Source of the DNA: Thermoproteota archaeon
GTDB lineage: Archaea; Korarchaeota; Korarchaeia; Korarchaeales; Korarchaeaceae
Reading direction: 5' to 3'
Length of the DNA stretch: 38,603 nucleotides
Assembly: GCA_037917625.1 (NCBI GenBank)
Contig: JAVCBY010000033.1
Location: 1 to 38,603, forward strand
Made by a program: the position numbers and the translations under genes
The notes under the pieces: model-generated
What the model was told of the DNA's origin: nothing
The model's database searches: none
The model's input: the letters and a program-made list of their open reading frames with translations, nothing else
Shown here: positions 8,811 to 19,245 of the stretch, one piece after another
Layout: each line of letters starts with the position of its first letter
Position numbering within the stretch: position 1 is the stretch's first letter

Positions 8811-9815
8811 ATGAGGGGAATCGTCAGGATAGGGGAAGGTATCCCCTTGATGGGATCCGTGGCTTTCGGCCTAATAGATAGGGGAACGAATCTGATACAA
8901 GTGAGGCCAATCTCATCCTGCCCCTTATCATGCATATTCTGCTCCACTGATGCCGGGCCCAAGTCTAGGACGAGGAGGACGGAGTTCTTAGTGGATCTAA
9001 ACTACCTCATCTCTTGGTTTGAGAGATTAGTTGAGAGTAAAGGGATTCACGATATTGAGGCTCATATAGATACTGTTGGGGATCCCTTCCTCTACCCTAA
9101 AATAGTGGACCTCGTCAGGAGGCTTAGGGATATCCCTGAGGTGAAAGTGATATCCGCGCAGACTCACGGCCCTCTGCTAACTCAGAAGCTCATAGGGGAG
9201 CTAGAGAGAGGGATTGACAGGATAAACCTGAGCATAGACTCGCTAGAGGAGGGGAAGGCCAAGTACTTAGCTGGATCGGATTGGTTCAGGATAGATAAGG
9301 TGATTGAGGCAGCTAAGAGGATATCCCAGAGCTCCATAGACCTCCTCATAGCGCCCATCTGGGTCCCGGGGCTTAATGATGAGGATATCCCGAGAATAAT
9401 AGAGTTCGCCCTGAGGATAGGGGCAGGGAAGAGATGGCCTGCGCTCGGTATCCAGAAGTATGAGGCTTATAAGGGTGGGAGAAAGCCCAAGGGAGTTAAG
9501 CCAATGAGCTGGGGCGAATTCTACCGGAGACTCGCTGATCTTGAGGGGGAGTTCGGTGTGAAGCTAATACTAAGCCCAGATGATTTCGGGATAAGGAAAG
9601 TCAGGGCAGTAGAGCCTCGCCTTAGAAAAGGTGAGATAGTGAACGTCAAGGTCTTAGGGGAGGGATGGAAGATTGGCGAGGTCCTAGCTGTCGCGAGGAA
9701 TAGAGTTGTGACGGTCTTAGACGCACCTCCCCTTCCGCCAGGTTCATTGATGAAAGTGAGAGTGATCAGGGATAGGGATAATATATATTACGCGAGGTTC
9801 GTCGGAGGTGTGTGA
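8811..9815 (+). CDS. Radical SAM protein with C-terminal TRAM-like domain (COG2100-like)
   Basis: FG-IDRGTN-IQVRP---CPLSCIFC (CxxxCxxC), EAHID--G-P; C-terminal beta-rich RNA-binding-like domain. Confidence 0.85.
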   Translation: MRGIVRIGEGIPLMGSVAFGLIDRGTNLIQVRPISSCPLSCIFCSTDAGPKSRTRRTEFLVDLNYLISWFERLVESKGIHDIEAHIDTVGDPFLYPKIVDLVRRLRDIPEVKVISAQTHGPLLTQKLIGELERGIDRINLSIDSLEEGKAKYLAGSDWFRIDKVIEAAKRISQSSIDLLIAPIWVPGLNDEDIPRIIEFALRIGAGKRWPALGIQKYEAYKGGRKPKGVKPMSWGEFYRRLADLEGEFGVKLILSPDDFGIRKVRAVEPRLRKGEIVNVKVLGEGWKIGEVLAVARNRVVTVLDAPPLPPGSLMKVRVIRDRDNIYYARFVGGV

Positions 9816-9871
9816 AGAGCGCTGACCAGTCACGCTTATGTTTTAACTTAGGTTAGCGAGGGGGTGGAGGC

Positions 9872-11356
9872 ATGGAAATAGCGTTATCGAGGGGAGAAAT
9901 GGAGATCCTCGAGCTCCTCAGATCCAAAGGGGGGAGGGCGAGGATAGATGATATAGGAGATAAGAGCAGGGTCGCAGCCCTATCAATACTTCTCAAGGAA
10001 AAAGGGCTTCTAGAAGTTATAGAGAGGAAAAGGAAAGTTCTAAGGCTTACAGAGAGGGGAATGAAGCACGCTAAGGAAGGATTACCTGAAGAGAAAATAT
10101 TGAGGATCTTGAGGGAGAGAGGTAAGGCTAGTCTCTCTGAGATATCGGAGTTGATGGAAGAGGATGAGCTCAACGTAGCATTAGGTGAGGGGAGGAAGAA
10201 GGGTCTCCTGAGGATAGAGAGCAGGAATGGGGAAGTACTGATAATTCCACTATCTTGGGAGGTGCCGGAGAGGGAGGTAATAGATAGGATCATGATGGGA
10301 GAGCTGGAGGAGTGGGATGTCGATCAAGGAATTCTGAAGAGCTTGAGGAGGAGAGGGCTTGTTGAGGTTGAGGAGGTCACTGAGGCTGAGATAATGCTCA
10401 CTCCCTTTGGCTTAGATGCCGCTGAAGGGAGGATCCCCGTTATAGAGGAAGTGGGTAAGCTAAGCAGGGATCTGATAATTAGTGGAGAATGGAAAAAGAA
10501 AAAACTCAAGGCTTATGATGTTAAAGCGAGTCCCCCTGTAGTATATCCGGGAAAACCCCACCCATACGTCTATTTCTTGGAGGAGGTGAGGGAGATATTG
10601 ATCGGGATGGGGTTCACTGAGGTGAAGAGCCCGATAGTTGAGAGCGAATTCTGGAACTTCGATGTCCTATTTCAAGCTCAAGATCATCCAGCTAGGGAGG
10701 TCCATGATTCATACAAACTAGCTTATCCAGAGGCAGCTGATCTCTCAAGGTATAGCGAGCTCGTCGAAAAGATAGCTAGGACGCATGAGGATGGTTGGGT
10801 AACTGGATCGAGGGGATGGGGATATAAATGGAACTTTGAGATAGCTAGGAGGCTCATATTGAGATCACAGACGACTGCAGCATCAGCTAGATCCTTAGCT
10901 AATGGATTGGAAGTCCCTAGTAAGATATTCGCTATAGATAAAGTTTTCAGACCGGAATCTCCGGATAAAACGCATGCATTCGAGTTCCATCAGTGTGAGG
11001 GAGTCGTTTTGGCTGAAGGGATGAATGTGAGGAATTTAATGGGATTCTTAGCGGAGTTCTCCAGGAACTTAGGCTTCAGAGAAGTGAGGTTCAAGCCAGC
11101 TTATTTCCCATTCACGGAGCCAAGTGTTGAGGCCTATGTCAAGCATGAGAAATTGGGATGGATAGAGATAGCTGGTTCAGGGCTCTTCAGACCGGAGATG
11201 CTGATACCCCTAGGTTACGATTACCCCAGGGTCCAAGCATTAGCCTGGGGGATAGGGATCGGGAGGTTGGCCATGATAAAACTAGGATTGGATGATATAA
11301 GGGAGCTTCACTCCCAGAACCTTGAATATCTGAGGAACGCTCCTCTGGTGTGGTGA
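9872..11356 (+). CDS. pheS: Phenylalanine-tRNA ligase alpha subunit
   Basis: FWNFD-LFQ-QDHPARE-HD, LRSQTT, FR-E--D-TH--EFHQ-EG, FKPAYFPFTEPS, AWG-G--RL motifs. Confidence 0.97.
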   Translation: MEIALSRGEMEILELLRSKGGRARIDDIGDKSRVAALSILLKEKGLLEVIERKRKVLRLTERGMKHAKEGLPEEKILRILRERGKASLSEISELMEEDELNVALGEGRKKGLLRIESRNGEVLIIPLSWEVPEREVIDRIMMGELEEWDVDQGILKSLRRRGLVEVEEVTEAEIMLTPFGLDAAEGRIPVIEEVGKLSRDLIISGEWKKKKLKAYDVKASPPVVYPGKPHPYVYFLEEVREILIGMGFTEVKSPIVESEFWNFDVLFQAQDHPAREVHDSYKLAYPEAADLSRYSELVEKIARTHEDGWVTGSRGWGYKWNFEIARRLILRSQTTAASARSLANGLEVPSKIFAIDKVFRPESPDKTHAFEFHQCEGVVLAEGMNVRNLMGFLAEFSRNLGFREVRFKPAYFPFTEPSVEAYVKHEKLGWIEIAGSGLFRPEMLIPLGYDYPRVQALAWGIGIGRLAMIKLGLDDIRELHSQNLEYLRNAPLVW

Positions 11357-11360
11357 GAGC

Positions 11361-13010
11361 TTGCCGGTCGTTAGTTTCAGCAGGAGGGAGATGGAGAGGC
11401 TTTGGAGAAGTTTCAGTGAGGAGGAACTCATTGATCTCTTAGATTTCACGAAGATAAATTTAGAATCCTTCAGTGAGGATGTGGAATTTGAGGTGACCTC
11501 CGATAGGATGGATCTCATAACTTTAGAGGGGATAGTGAGGTGTCTCAAAGGCGTCTCGAATGAGGAACTGGGCCTACCTAAGTATGGGGTGAGGAGGAAG
11601 GCCTTCGAAGTCAGGGTGGGTGAGGGAGTAGCTAAAGTCAGGCCTTATGTAGTCGCTGCTCTCGTTAGAGATGTCGATCTGAGGACTGAGGAGTCGTTAG
11701 TAGCCCTCATAGAAGCTCAAGAGAAAATACATGACACTCTAGGGAGGAAGAGGAGGAGGGTCGCAATCGGACTCCATGACTTCTCTAAAGTGAAGCCCCC
11801 TATAATTTACGATGCTAAGGTGGCGGAGGAAGTCCACTTCATACCTCTGGGTGAATATGCGGAGATGAGTGCTAAGGAGATATTGGAGCAGACAGAAAAA
11901 GGGAAAATATATTCTCACATAATCAAAAATCCAGAAAATTTGGTCCCATTAATAATGGACTCTAGGGAGGAGGTCCTCAGCATGCCCCCCATAATAAACT
12001 CCGAGCTCACGAGACTCACCCCGGGTGTGAGGGATATCTTCATAGATGTGACTGGGACTGATCTCAAGGCGATATGGTATGCCCTCGAGATAATATCCTC
12101 AGCTTTAGCTGAGAGAGGAGGGGAGATAAGCACTCTAGATATCTTATACCCTGACGGCAGGAGGATAGAGACCCCGAGATATGAACCTGAAGTGATGGAA
12201 GTGGAGCTTGATTTCATAAGGAGTATCGTGGGCTTGAACTTATCTGGGGAAGATGTGGTAATGCAGCTCATGAGGGCTAGACTGGACGCAGAGTGCTCAG
12301 ATGGTAAAGTCAGAGTGCTAATTCCAGGATATAGATCAGATTTCTTGCACGCGATTGATGTAGCTGAGGAAGTTTCAATAACTTTAGGACTGAATAGAAT
12401 CGGGTATGAGCTTCCAAGGAATGTAATGACTGTCGGTAAGCCTCATCCTGTGGAGAAGATATCGAGGAAAGTTAGGACAGTGATGATAGGACTCGGCTAT
12501 CAGGAGGTCTTAAACTACGTAATGACGAGCAGGGCCTCCCTCTTCCATATGGTCGGTAGGGAAGAGAGGGAGGTAGTTGAGGTATCGAATCCAGTCTCTG
12601 AGAGTTACAGCATCTTGAGGGATGCTTTATTCCCAGGATTACTCTTATTTCTAGCTAATAATACGCATGTCAAGTACCCCCAGAAGGTCTTCGAGATAGG
12701 AGACGTAGTGCTAATAGATGAGAGGCTCGAGAATAAGACTAGAGATGAGAGGAGGGTAGCTGCTGCATACGCAGACGATTCCGTGGGTTTCGAGGACATA
12801 TACTCTCATCTGAAGGTCCTATTTGAGAACCTCTCATATAGAGTAGAGCTGGAACCGAGGAGGGAGAGGCCCTTCATAGAAGGGAGGTGCGCGAGCGTGC
12901 TTAAGGAGGGGGAGGAGGTAGGAGTGATAGGTGAGATCGACCCTGAGGTCCTCATCAAGCTCGGGATAGCAGTGCCCGTCGCTATATTCGAGGTCTCCCT
13001 GAGTGTGTAG
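11361..13010 (+). CDS. pheT: Phenylalanine-tRNA ligase beta subunit
   Basis: DR-DL---EG--R, RPYV, QEK-H---GR-R---AIG-HD, SMPPIINS, R-D-LH--D--EE, NP-S--Y--LR motifs. TTG start after GGTGA. Confidence 0.96.
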   Translation: MPVVSFSRREMERLWRSFSEEELIDLLDFTKINLESFSEDVEFEVTSDRMDLITLEGIVRCLKGVSNEELGLPKYGVRRKAFEVRVGEGVAKVRPYVVAALVRDVDLRTEESLVALIEAQEKIHDTLGRKRRRVAIGLHDFSKVKPPIIYDAKVAEEVHFIPLGEYAEMSAKEILEQTEKGKIYSHIIKNPENLVPLIMDSREEVLSMPPIINSELTRLTPGVRDIFIDVTGTDLKAIWYALEIISSALAERGGEISTLDILYPDGRRIETPRYEPEVMEVELDFIRSIVGLNLSGEDVVMQLMRARLDAECSDGKVRVLIPGYRSDFLHAIDVAEEVSITLGLNRIGYELPRNVMTVGKPHPVEKISRKVRTVMIGLGYQEVLNYVMTSRASLFHMVGREEREVVEVSNPVSESYSILRDALFPGLLLFLANNTHVKYPQKVFEIGDVVLIDERLENKTRDERRVAAAYADDSVGFEDIYSHLKVLFENLSYRVELEPRRERPFIEGRCASVLKEGEEVGVIGEIDPEVLIKLGIAVPVAIFEVSLSV

Positions 13011-13096
13011 GGCTGAAGTAACTCACCTATCATCCCTCATTTGATATTATGGAGGCTCTCACGGGATTAGAGAGAGGAGGATGAAACTCGAGTTGC

Positions 13097-14140
13097 TCAC
13101 AATAACTCTAGAGTCTTCTGTAGGAGGACCCCTCCCCAAGCTACATCCTTGAGGCTGATGACCTCACAAGGGCTATGCATATACCTTAAGGGTATAGAGA
13201 TGAGGGCTGTCTTCACTCCTCCTCTAGCAACTTGTATCACCCATGTATCGGTTCCAGCGCCCTTAAGATCAGCTTCGTATTGATGGGGGATCTCATTCTC
13301 CTCTGCAGCTCTCTCTATTAACTCCACTATCTCAGGATGATATATGGGGCCCTTGCTTATGACGGGCCCCTTTCCTAAGGAGATCTTAGGGGCCTCGGGC
13401 AGCATAGGTTGCTCAGCGAATGTAACATCTATAGCTATAGCAACTTCAGGTCTCAACTTATATGCCATCATTTCAGCACCCCTAAGCCCTATTTCCTCTT
13501 GTATTGTCGCTGTGAAGTGTACTTCTGCATCTATCCCTCCTCCCTCCCGGCTCAGCATAGCTCCATATATCATCGCTGCGACGCCCGCAGCATTATCGAG
13601 ACCTGGGGAGGAGAATAGCTCTGATCCAAGTGGAATTGGATCATAATCGGGGACTCCGTAGACTCCCGGCTTTACTCCCATACTCTCAGCTTCCTCCTTA
13701 CTGTTAACTCCAATATCTATCACTAGATCCTTTATCTCTATTTTCTTCTCCTCAAGCTCTTTGTAAACCCTCAGGAGATGCGCTGGTACTACCCCTATGA
13801 CCCCCCTAACTATCCCCTTTCCGGTTATCAACTTGACGCGGGATCCATAGAGGACTCTGGGGTCCCATCCAACTCCATCGAACTTTACGTACCCTTCATT
13901 CGTCACTTCCTTAACTATTATCCCGATCTGATCGACGTGAGCTGCTATCATTATGGAGGGCTTCCCTCCAGGGTTCAGGATACCTTCCACATTTCCCCAG
14001 GGATCTATCCTCATCACATCGCAGTATGGCTCAAGGATCTCAGCTATAGATGGAGCAAAGAGCCTCTCGCTCCCCGTAACCCTTGGGATGGATGTCAGCT
14101 TATTCAATATCTCTCTTATATTCTCGAGCGATGAGCTCAA
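13097..14140 (-). CDS. M42 family metallopeptidase (TET-type aminopeptidase)
   Basis: AAHVDQIG, LDN--G, QEEIGLRGA, AIDVT, GTD, P-RYMHSP-E motifs. Confidence 0.92.
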   Translation of the reverse strand: MSSSLENIREILNKLTSIPRVTGSERLFAPSIAEILEPYCDVMRIDPWGNVEGILNPGGKPSIMIAAHVDQIGIIVKEVTNEGYVKFDGVGWDPRVLYGSRVKLITGKGIVRGVIGVVPAHLLRVYKELEEKKIEIKDLVIDIGVNSKEEAESMGVKPGVYGVPDYDPIPLGSELFSSPGLDNAAGVAAMIYGAMLSREGGGIDAEVHFTATIQEEIGLRGAEMMAYKLRPEVAIAIDVTFAEQPMLPEAPKISLGKGPVISKGPIYHPEIVELIERAAEENEIPHQYEADLKGAGTDTWVIQVARGGVKTALISIPLRYMHSPCEVISLKDVAWGGVLLQKTLELL

Positions 14141-14194
14141 ACGATCACCTGGAATGCATCAAAGGATAAATAATAAAGGTTGGACCTACTAGGG

Positions 14195-15460
14195 ATGTCC
14201 TTCAGGATAGAGGATGTGAGAGCTAGGGAGGTATTGGACTCTAGAGGGAATCCTACAATTGAAGTGAGAGTTAAATTGGAGGGAGGGGGCTTAGGGAAGT
14301 TCTCGGTCCCATCTGGTGCCTCGAAGGGGAAGAGGGAAGCCTTAGAGCTCAGAGACGGTGGGAAATGGTTGAGGGGAATGGGAGTAATTAAAGCAGTGAG
14401 GAACGTCAATGAGATAATAAGGCCCTCCTTAATCGGGGTAGACGCATCCATTCAACCTTTAGTGGATGATATATTGATCCAGTTAGATGGAACGCCGAAT
14501 AAATCGAGATTGGGAGCTAACTCAATTCTTGGCGCTTCAATAGCTTCAGCGAAGGCATCAGCTGATCAAATGAATGTCCCGCTCTATAGGTACTTAGGAG
14601 GGGCTTTCTCGAGAGTTCTACCCGTACCTTTAATGAATATAATAAACGGTGGAAAGCATGCAGGCAACGAATTAGCTATTCAAGAATTCATGATAGTACC
14701 AGTGAAATTTAAGACGTTTAAGGACGCTCTCTTTGCTGGAGTTAGCGTATATATGGAGTTGAGATCGCTTCTTGAGGAGAGATACGGTAGGCAAGCTGTT
14801 AACTTAGGGGATGAAGGGGGCTTTGCCCCTCCGATGAAGAGAACTGAGGAAGCCTTAGAAGCTTTGGTCAGCTCGATAGAGAGGGCTGGATTCGAGGGAG
14901 AAGTTAAGCTAGCTATGGACTGTGCTGCGAGCAACTTCTATGCAGATGGAAGGTATAAAATAGATGGAGAATACCTGACAAGAGAGGAGTTGATATCATT
15001 TTATGAGGGCATAGTGGATAGGTATCCGATAGTAGCGATAGAGGATCCCTTCCATGAGGAGGACTTAGATTCCTTCTCTGAGCTCACTAAAAAACTCGGC
15101 CATATAATTTTACTCGTCGGGGATGATTACTTCGTCTCAAATGAGAAATACCTCAGGAAAGGGATCGAAGCTAAGGCTGGAAATGCTGTCCTACTCAAGG
15201 TGAATCAGATAGGGACACTAACTGAAGCTGTGAGGACAGCATCACTCGCCTTCAGATATGGGTATGAAGTGATCGTTAGCCACAGATCAGGGGAGACTGA
15301 AGATCCTTTCATAAGCGACTTCTCAGTCGCTTTGAACTGTGGGTACATAAAGGCGGGGGCTCCAGCGAGGGGGGAGAGGGTGATGAAGTACAACAGGCTG
15401 CTGGAGATAGAGGAGGAGCTAGGATCGATAGCATCATTCAGCCAACGAGATACCTTATGA
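14195..15460 (+). CDS. eno: Enolase
   Basis: RE-LDSRGNPT, PSGAS, NGGKHA, QEFM, GDEGGFAP, IEDPF, LLKVNQIGT, SHRSGETED, ER--KYNRL motifs. Confidence 0.97.
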   Translation: MSFRIEDVRAREVLDSRGNPTIEVRVKLEGGGLGKFSVPSGASKGKREALELRDGGKWLRGMGVIKAVRNVNEIIRPSLIGVDASIQPLVDDILIQLDGTPNKSRLGANSILGASIASAKASADQMNVPLYRYLGGAFSRVLPVPLMNIINGGKHAGNELAIQEFMIVPVKFKTFKDALFAGVSVYMELRSLLEERYGRQAVNLGDEGGFAPPMKRTEEALEALVSSIERAGFEGEVKLAMDCAASNFYADGRYKIDGEYLTREELISFYEGIVDRYPIVAIEDPFHEEDLDSFSELTKKLGHIILLVGDDYFVSNEKYLRKGIEAKAGNAVLLKVNQIGTLTEAVRTASLAFRYGYEVIVSHRSGETEDPFISDFSVALNCGYIKAGAPARGERVMKYNRLLEIEEELGSIASFSQRDTL

Positions 15461-16829
15461 AGAACTCCTCCTTCCTCATCTCCTTATATATCCATCCCAG
15501 AACATCCCTATCCAAGATGAGGAGCTCTCTATCAGTTAATATCTTGAATTTCGCTCCCCTAAGTATCGTGGGTGCCTTCAAACTTATCAACTCATTTATG
15601 AGGTGAGCGGCATCGCTATGCCTCCTCTTCCTATAAACATACCACCTATCCCCCTCGATGAAGGGTCCCCCGAATCCGGAGTTAAGATAACTCCTGAGGA
15701 AATTAATCTCCTCCTTCGATCCGACAGGAGGCCCCTGCCTCCTCTCTACAATTGGGAGGGATAATGAGGGAAGCTCCATAGCAACGAATATCTTGCTCCT
15801 CTCATCAGTCCAACCTGAGACCCAGAGCGGGTCGAAACCATTCGATTCCAGCTCTTCCTCAAGGAGCCTAGCCATCCTCTTCGCCTGAGACCATAGTAGC
15901 TCTCTAGAGAGATCAAGATCACTTATCTCTATGATGAGAATTCTCGTCTTCCTCTCCGAGAGCTGCTCCTCTATTCGTTTAGCTGATACTCTCTCCTTCA
16001 CTCTCTCCAATCCTCTAGTGAAGAACTCCATGTCCGGGTTATTGAGGAAAGCCCTAGCTGCTACCTTGAATCTATTGAATTGTGTCTCAGTGAGAGCTGC
16101 AGCAGCGTTCCTCCTAGGATCAGTAGGATCTATCAATATCAACGGCCCACTGAAAGCTGAGAATGCGTACTCCTCCGCTAAGTGACGCTCTATATCTATG
16201 TAGACCCTCGACCCCCACTTAGATGCTTCCTCTATCGTCTTGAGGAAGCTCCCATAGTTTATTATCAGGAGCTCGCATACATAACCGCTGAATCCCCCTA
16301 CCTTCTCCTCAGCACCATAGGCATCGATCGATTTGAGGAAGGCCTTAAGTAACCTCACATCATTAGGCCTCTTGAGCTTCTCCCTAACGTAAGAATTGTG
16401 GAGGGGCGTCCTGTCCACAGCGCTTATTATCCTCTCCCCGGGCATTATCTTGAAGGCAGGGACGAGATCTATCTCAAAATCAGAATACCTGACTCTAACG
16501 TAAGGGTGCTCAGCGTAATTCTGCTCATACTCTCCGAAGGCATCCTCAGCTACATCGACTATGAGGCTTCCCAGCACTTCCTTATCTCCCACTCCCTTGG
16601 GGAAGAGGACGAAGATATCGAGTTCGTTGTTATTCGGAAGCCAGGTATCTCTAACAGAGGATCCGACAGCAACTACCTCAGCGTTAAAATTCAGCCTCTT
16701 AACGCTCTCCTCTACTCTTCTCAGAGCCTCCTCAAGTACTCTCTCCAGCTTCCTCCTCTCTTCCTCGGATGGTGAGACTATCCTCTCCGCTTCCCTCAGT
16801 ATCAACTCAATATCACTCGATGTTCGCAT
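15438..16829 (-). CDS. cca: CCA-adding enzyme (archaeal class I)
   Basis: VGS---DTWL---E-DIF, YAEHPY, DLVP, SAVDRTP-H, LLK-FLK----YGAE----GFSGY--ELL, DP-DP-RN-AA motifs. Exact start uncertain. Confidence 0.94.
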   Translation of the reverse strand: MRTSSDIELILREAERIVSPSEEERRKLERVLEEALRRVEESVKRLNFNAEVVAVGSSVRDTWLPNNNELDIFVLFPKGVGDKEVLGSLIVDVAEDAFGEYEQNYAEHPYVRVRYSDFEIDLVPAFKIMPGERIISAVDRTPLHNSYVREKLKRPNDVRLLKAFLKSIDAYGAEEKVGGFSGYVCELLIINYGSFLKTIEEASKWGSRVYIDIERHLAEEYAFSAFSGPLILIDPTDPRRNAAAALTETQFNRFKVAARAFLNNPDMEFFTRGLERVKERVSAKRIEEQLSERKTRILIIEISDLDLSRELLWSQAKRMARLLEEELESNGFDPLWVSGWTDERSKIFVAMELPSLSLPIVERRQGPPVGSKEEINFLRSYLNSGFGGPFIEGDRWYVYRKRRHSDAAHLINELISLKAPTILRGAKFKILTDRELLILDRDVLGWIYKEMRKEEFFIRYLVG

Positions 16830-17427
16830 GCCTCTTGGCAAGATCCTCCTCACTCTTCCCCATCAGCTCTACTATCTCAGATATCAAAGCATCCAGATAT
16901 ATCATAGCGCTCAGCTCGAATAACGTTCCTAGAGGTGTTAGGGGCTCATGTATACCCAATATCTGCCTCGTGAAGTAATCTCTACTCTCATCCTCTGGAA
17001 GAACTCTTCCGCCTATTCTAACAACGAAATCAGCTATCTTCCCTAATGTAGAATTTGGATAGCTCGTGATAGCTATTACATGAGCCCCGACGCTCTTAGC
17101 TACTTGAGCCGCTGTAACAGGGAATTTAGTCTCTCCAGATCCGCTGACAGCTATCAGTAGGTCGCCGCTCCTCATAGATGGGGTGACCGTCTCACCTACT
17201 ACGTATACTTGAAAGCCGACGTGAAGGAGTCTCATCGCGAAGGCCTTGGCTATGAGCCCGGATCTACCGGCCCCGACCACGAATATCTTGCCCTCGCCCA
17301 TAGTCCTGAAGAGAGCTTTTATGAACATATTCGCGGATTCCTTATCGACTGTAGATAGATTTTCCTTAACGACCTCTATTAGCTTACCGATCTTCTCAAC
17401 CACGGGCGTGCCTACCACCCAGCTCAA
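16813..17427 (-). CDS. hxlB: 6-phospho-3-hexuloisomerase (SIS domain)
   Basis: GAGRSGL--KAFAMRL-H-G, VVGET-TP, SGSGET, PLGTLFE motifs and C-terminal HANIE. Confidence 0.93.
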   Translation of the reverse strand: MSWVVGTPVVEKIGKLIEVVKENLSTVDKESANMFIKALFRTMGEGKIFVVGAGRSGLIAKAFAMRLLHVGFQVYVVGETVTPSMRSGDLLIAVSGSGETKFPVTAAQVAKSVGAHVIAITSYPNSTLGKIADFVVRIGGRVLPEDESRDYFTRQILGIHEPLTPLGTLFELSAMIYLDALISEIVELMGKSEEDLAKRHANIE

Positions 17428-17472
17428 CGTCCCCAGATAACAAAATAACCTTTACTTACCCGTCCTATCAGG

Positions 17473-18114
17473 ATGCATGTGGTAACTAAGGCGACCCTAA
17501 GGAAGGCAATTGAAGGTATTAAGGATATCTTAGCTGGATTGAGGGATCGTCTGGAGAGCTCAATAGATCTAGGGGATTTTTGGGAGATAGCGAGGAGGTA
17601 CGCTGTCACTAATAGTTTCGATAGCATCCTGATGCTACTCGGGATCATATTAGGAGGGTACTTCGGGGGAATAGGGGATCCCTCAGTGGTCCTCAAATTG
17701 ATATGGGCCGGAACTCTGTCCATATTCTTCTCGGGATCTCTGGGGACATACATATCGGAGAGAGCTGAGAGGGAGCTGAAGGTCAGGGAACTGGAGAAGG
17801 CAGTCTTAATGACGCTAGATGAGACAGTTATCAGCGAGGTGGAGAGAAGAAAAGCTATATTAATAGCTTTAGCAAGCGGAGGGGTCCCATCGATCCTCGT
17901 GATGACGCTCTCAATACCCTTCAAGATATGCGAGTTCGGCTTAATGGAGATTGAGCTCTCTTATATCTTATCGATCTTGCAGGCCCTACTTCTCCTCTTC
18001 ATCATGGGCTTCTACTTAGGGTCCCTCTCTGGAAGGAGAAGATTTAGCTATGCTCTTTTCACGCTTAGCGCTGGACTCCTCCTAATGGTGATGATGCTTT
18101 GGCTCGGGATGTAG
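17473..18114 (+). CDS. VIT1/CCC1-like membrane protein
   Basis: RRY---N-FD--L--LG, G-YISERAE---K--ELE--L pattern; about 5 hydrophobic segments. Start uncertain. Confidence 0.7.
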   Translation: MHVVTKATLRKAIEGIKDILAGLRDRLESSIDLGDFWEIARRYAVTNSFDSILMLLGIILGGYFGGIGDPSVVLKLIWAGTLSIFFSGSLGTYISERAERELKVRELEKAVLMTLDETVISEVERRKAILIALASGGVPSILVMTLSIPFKICEFGLMEIELSYILSILQALLLLFIMGFYLGSLSGRRRFSYALFTLSAGLLLMVMMLWLGM

Positions 18115-18797
18115 TCTCCTTGAGGATAGCCTATCTGGGATGGAACTATCACGGAGTAGTCGAGCAACCGAACCTCCCCACTGTGGGCTCAGCTCTGAGG
18201 GAGGCGATGGAATCTCAAGGCATAAGGGCGAAACTCAAGTTCACATCGAGAACGGATAGAGGAGTATCAGCATTGGACAACATAGCTTTCTACAGAGGTC
18301 CAGCCCCTAATATATCTCTCTTGAACTCAGAGCTCCCGAAGGATATAGCGGTATGGGCTGTGGCTACTGGAGGCATACCTAAGCCTAGGGCTAGAGCGTA
18401 CTGCTACGCGATCCCATTCAGGCTGAGCAGTGCTGAATGCGTGAGGGAAGCGTTAGATGAACTAACGCAGGAGGGTTTAGGGAAAAATATTGAGAATTTT
18501 GACGTGAAAATTGGAGAAAATTTTACATATATTGAGATTTATGGGAAATCATTTAAAAAGAATGAGATAAGGAGGATCGTGGGTAGAGCGTTAGAGCTTC
18601 ATCTCGGGAGGAGTATAGGGCTGGCCCCTCCAGAAGGGCTAGTCCTCACTAGAACTGTGGCCGATGTACGCTGGGAAGAGTTCCATAGGAGGAAGCTCCA
18701 CATAATTGGAAAAATTATTGAAAGAGAGTTGTGGAGGCTCGAGTCCTCCAGAGTGATCCTCGGACTCATAAATTCTATCTCTTCGTCGCTATTATAG
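18099..18797 (+). CDS. truA: tRNA pseudouridine(38-40) synthase TruA
   Basis: IAY-G--Y-G---QP---TV, SRTD-GVSA (catalytic Asp), LN--LP-DI-V, SF----IRRIVG, APPEGL-L motifs. Confidence 0.88.
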   Translation: MARDVVSLRIAYLGWNYHGVVEQPNLPTVGSALREAMESQGIRAKLKFTSRTDRGVSALDNIAFYRGPAPNISLLNSELPKDIAVWAVATGGIPKPRARAYCYAIPFRLSSAECVREALDELTQEGLGKNIENFDVKIGENFTYIEIYGKSFKKNEIRRIVGRALELHLGRSIGLAPPEGLVLTRTVADVRWEEFHRRKLHIIGKIIERELWRLESSRVILGLINSISSSLL

Positions 18798-19053
18798 TCC
18801 TAGTCTCCGGGACGTACCACCTCACTTTATCCCTGAACCACTTCCAGAATCTAGTGAAGGAGTCCATGCTCTCAGACTCTAGAACCATTATCCCGTTGTA
18901 CTCAGTTCCCCATGCGTGGTCATATACTCCAATGAGTCTAACTTCAGGAGGCCATCCCTCCGTTATCTTCTCCCACTCGTTCCTAGCTCTCTCCTCCTCC
19001 TCAGGAGTGAGCTCCTTCAATTTGTATAACACGAAGTATATGTAGGTCGGCAT
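18775..19053 (-). CDS. Small hypothetical protein, probable ferredoxin-like/dimeric alpha-beta barrel fold
   Basis: 92 aa, GGTG RBS-like site, TTATATA about 30 nt upstream, beta-alpha-beta-beta-alpha-beta pattern; no family recognised with certainty. Confidence 0.7.
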   Translation of the reverse strand: MPTYIYFVLYKLKELTPEEEERARNEWEKITEGWPPEVRLIGVYDHAWGTEYNGIMVLESESMDSFTRFWKWFRDKVRWYVPETRTIIATKR

Positions 19054-19140
19054 GCTAGCACCCAGGAGTATCGCTCTAGAAAGTATATAATGTTAAGATC
19101 TTCATTGGGAGGGGGTGCAATTCCCTCCATTGTGAGGGCT

Positions 19141-19245
19141 CATCGGGTATACGCTACCGCTCTGGTCTAGTGTTAACTTTCATCCCTTCCCCCCTCCCGT
19201 CATGGGAGGGCTTTCGGGGTGAACGGATGAGGACCCCACGTTCAT
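19141..19245 (-). ncRNA. Putative omegaRNA/right-end RNA scaffold (plus candidate guide) of the tnpB remnant
   Basis: GTGGGGTCCTCATCCGTTCACCCCGAAAGCCCTCCCATGACGGGAGGG. Pairings: GGGGT/ACCCC stem, CCCTCCC/GGGAGGG hairpin, TCATCC/GGATGA, and CCGTTC/GAGCGG with the likely element end near 19157. Confidence 0.6.

Noticed and set aside
9848-9857. TTAGGTTAGC resembling a DtxR half-site upstream of pheS
   Set aside because: No second half-site and no functional rationale.
13011-13096. Weak hairpin and palindrome AAACTCGAGTTG (also at 33737-33748) in convergent intergenic regions
   Set aside because: A 12-mer seen twice in 38 kb is expected by chance; no complete RNA motif found.
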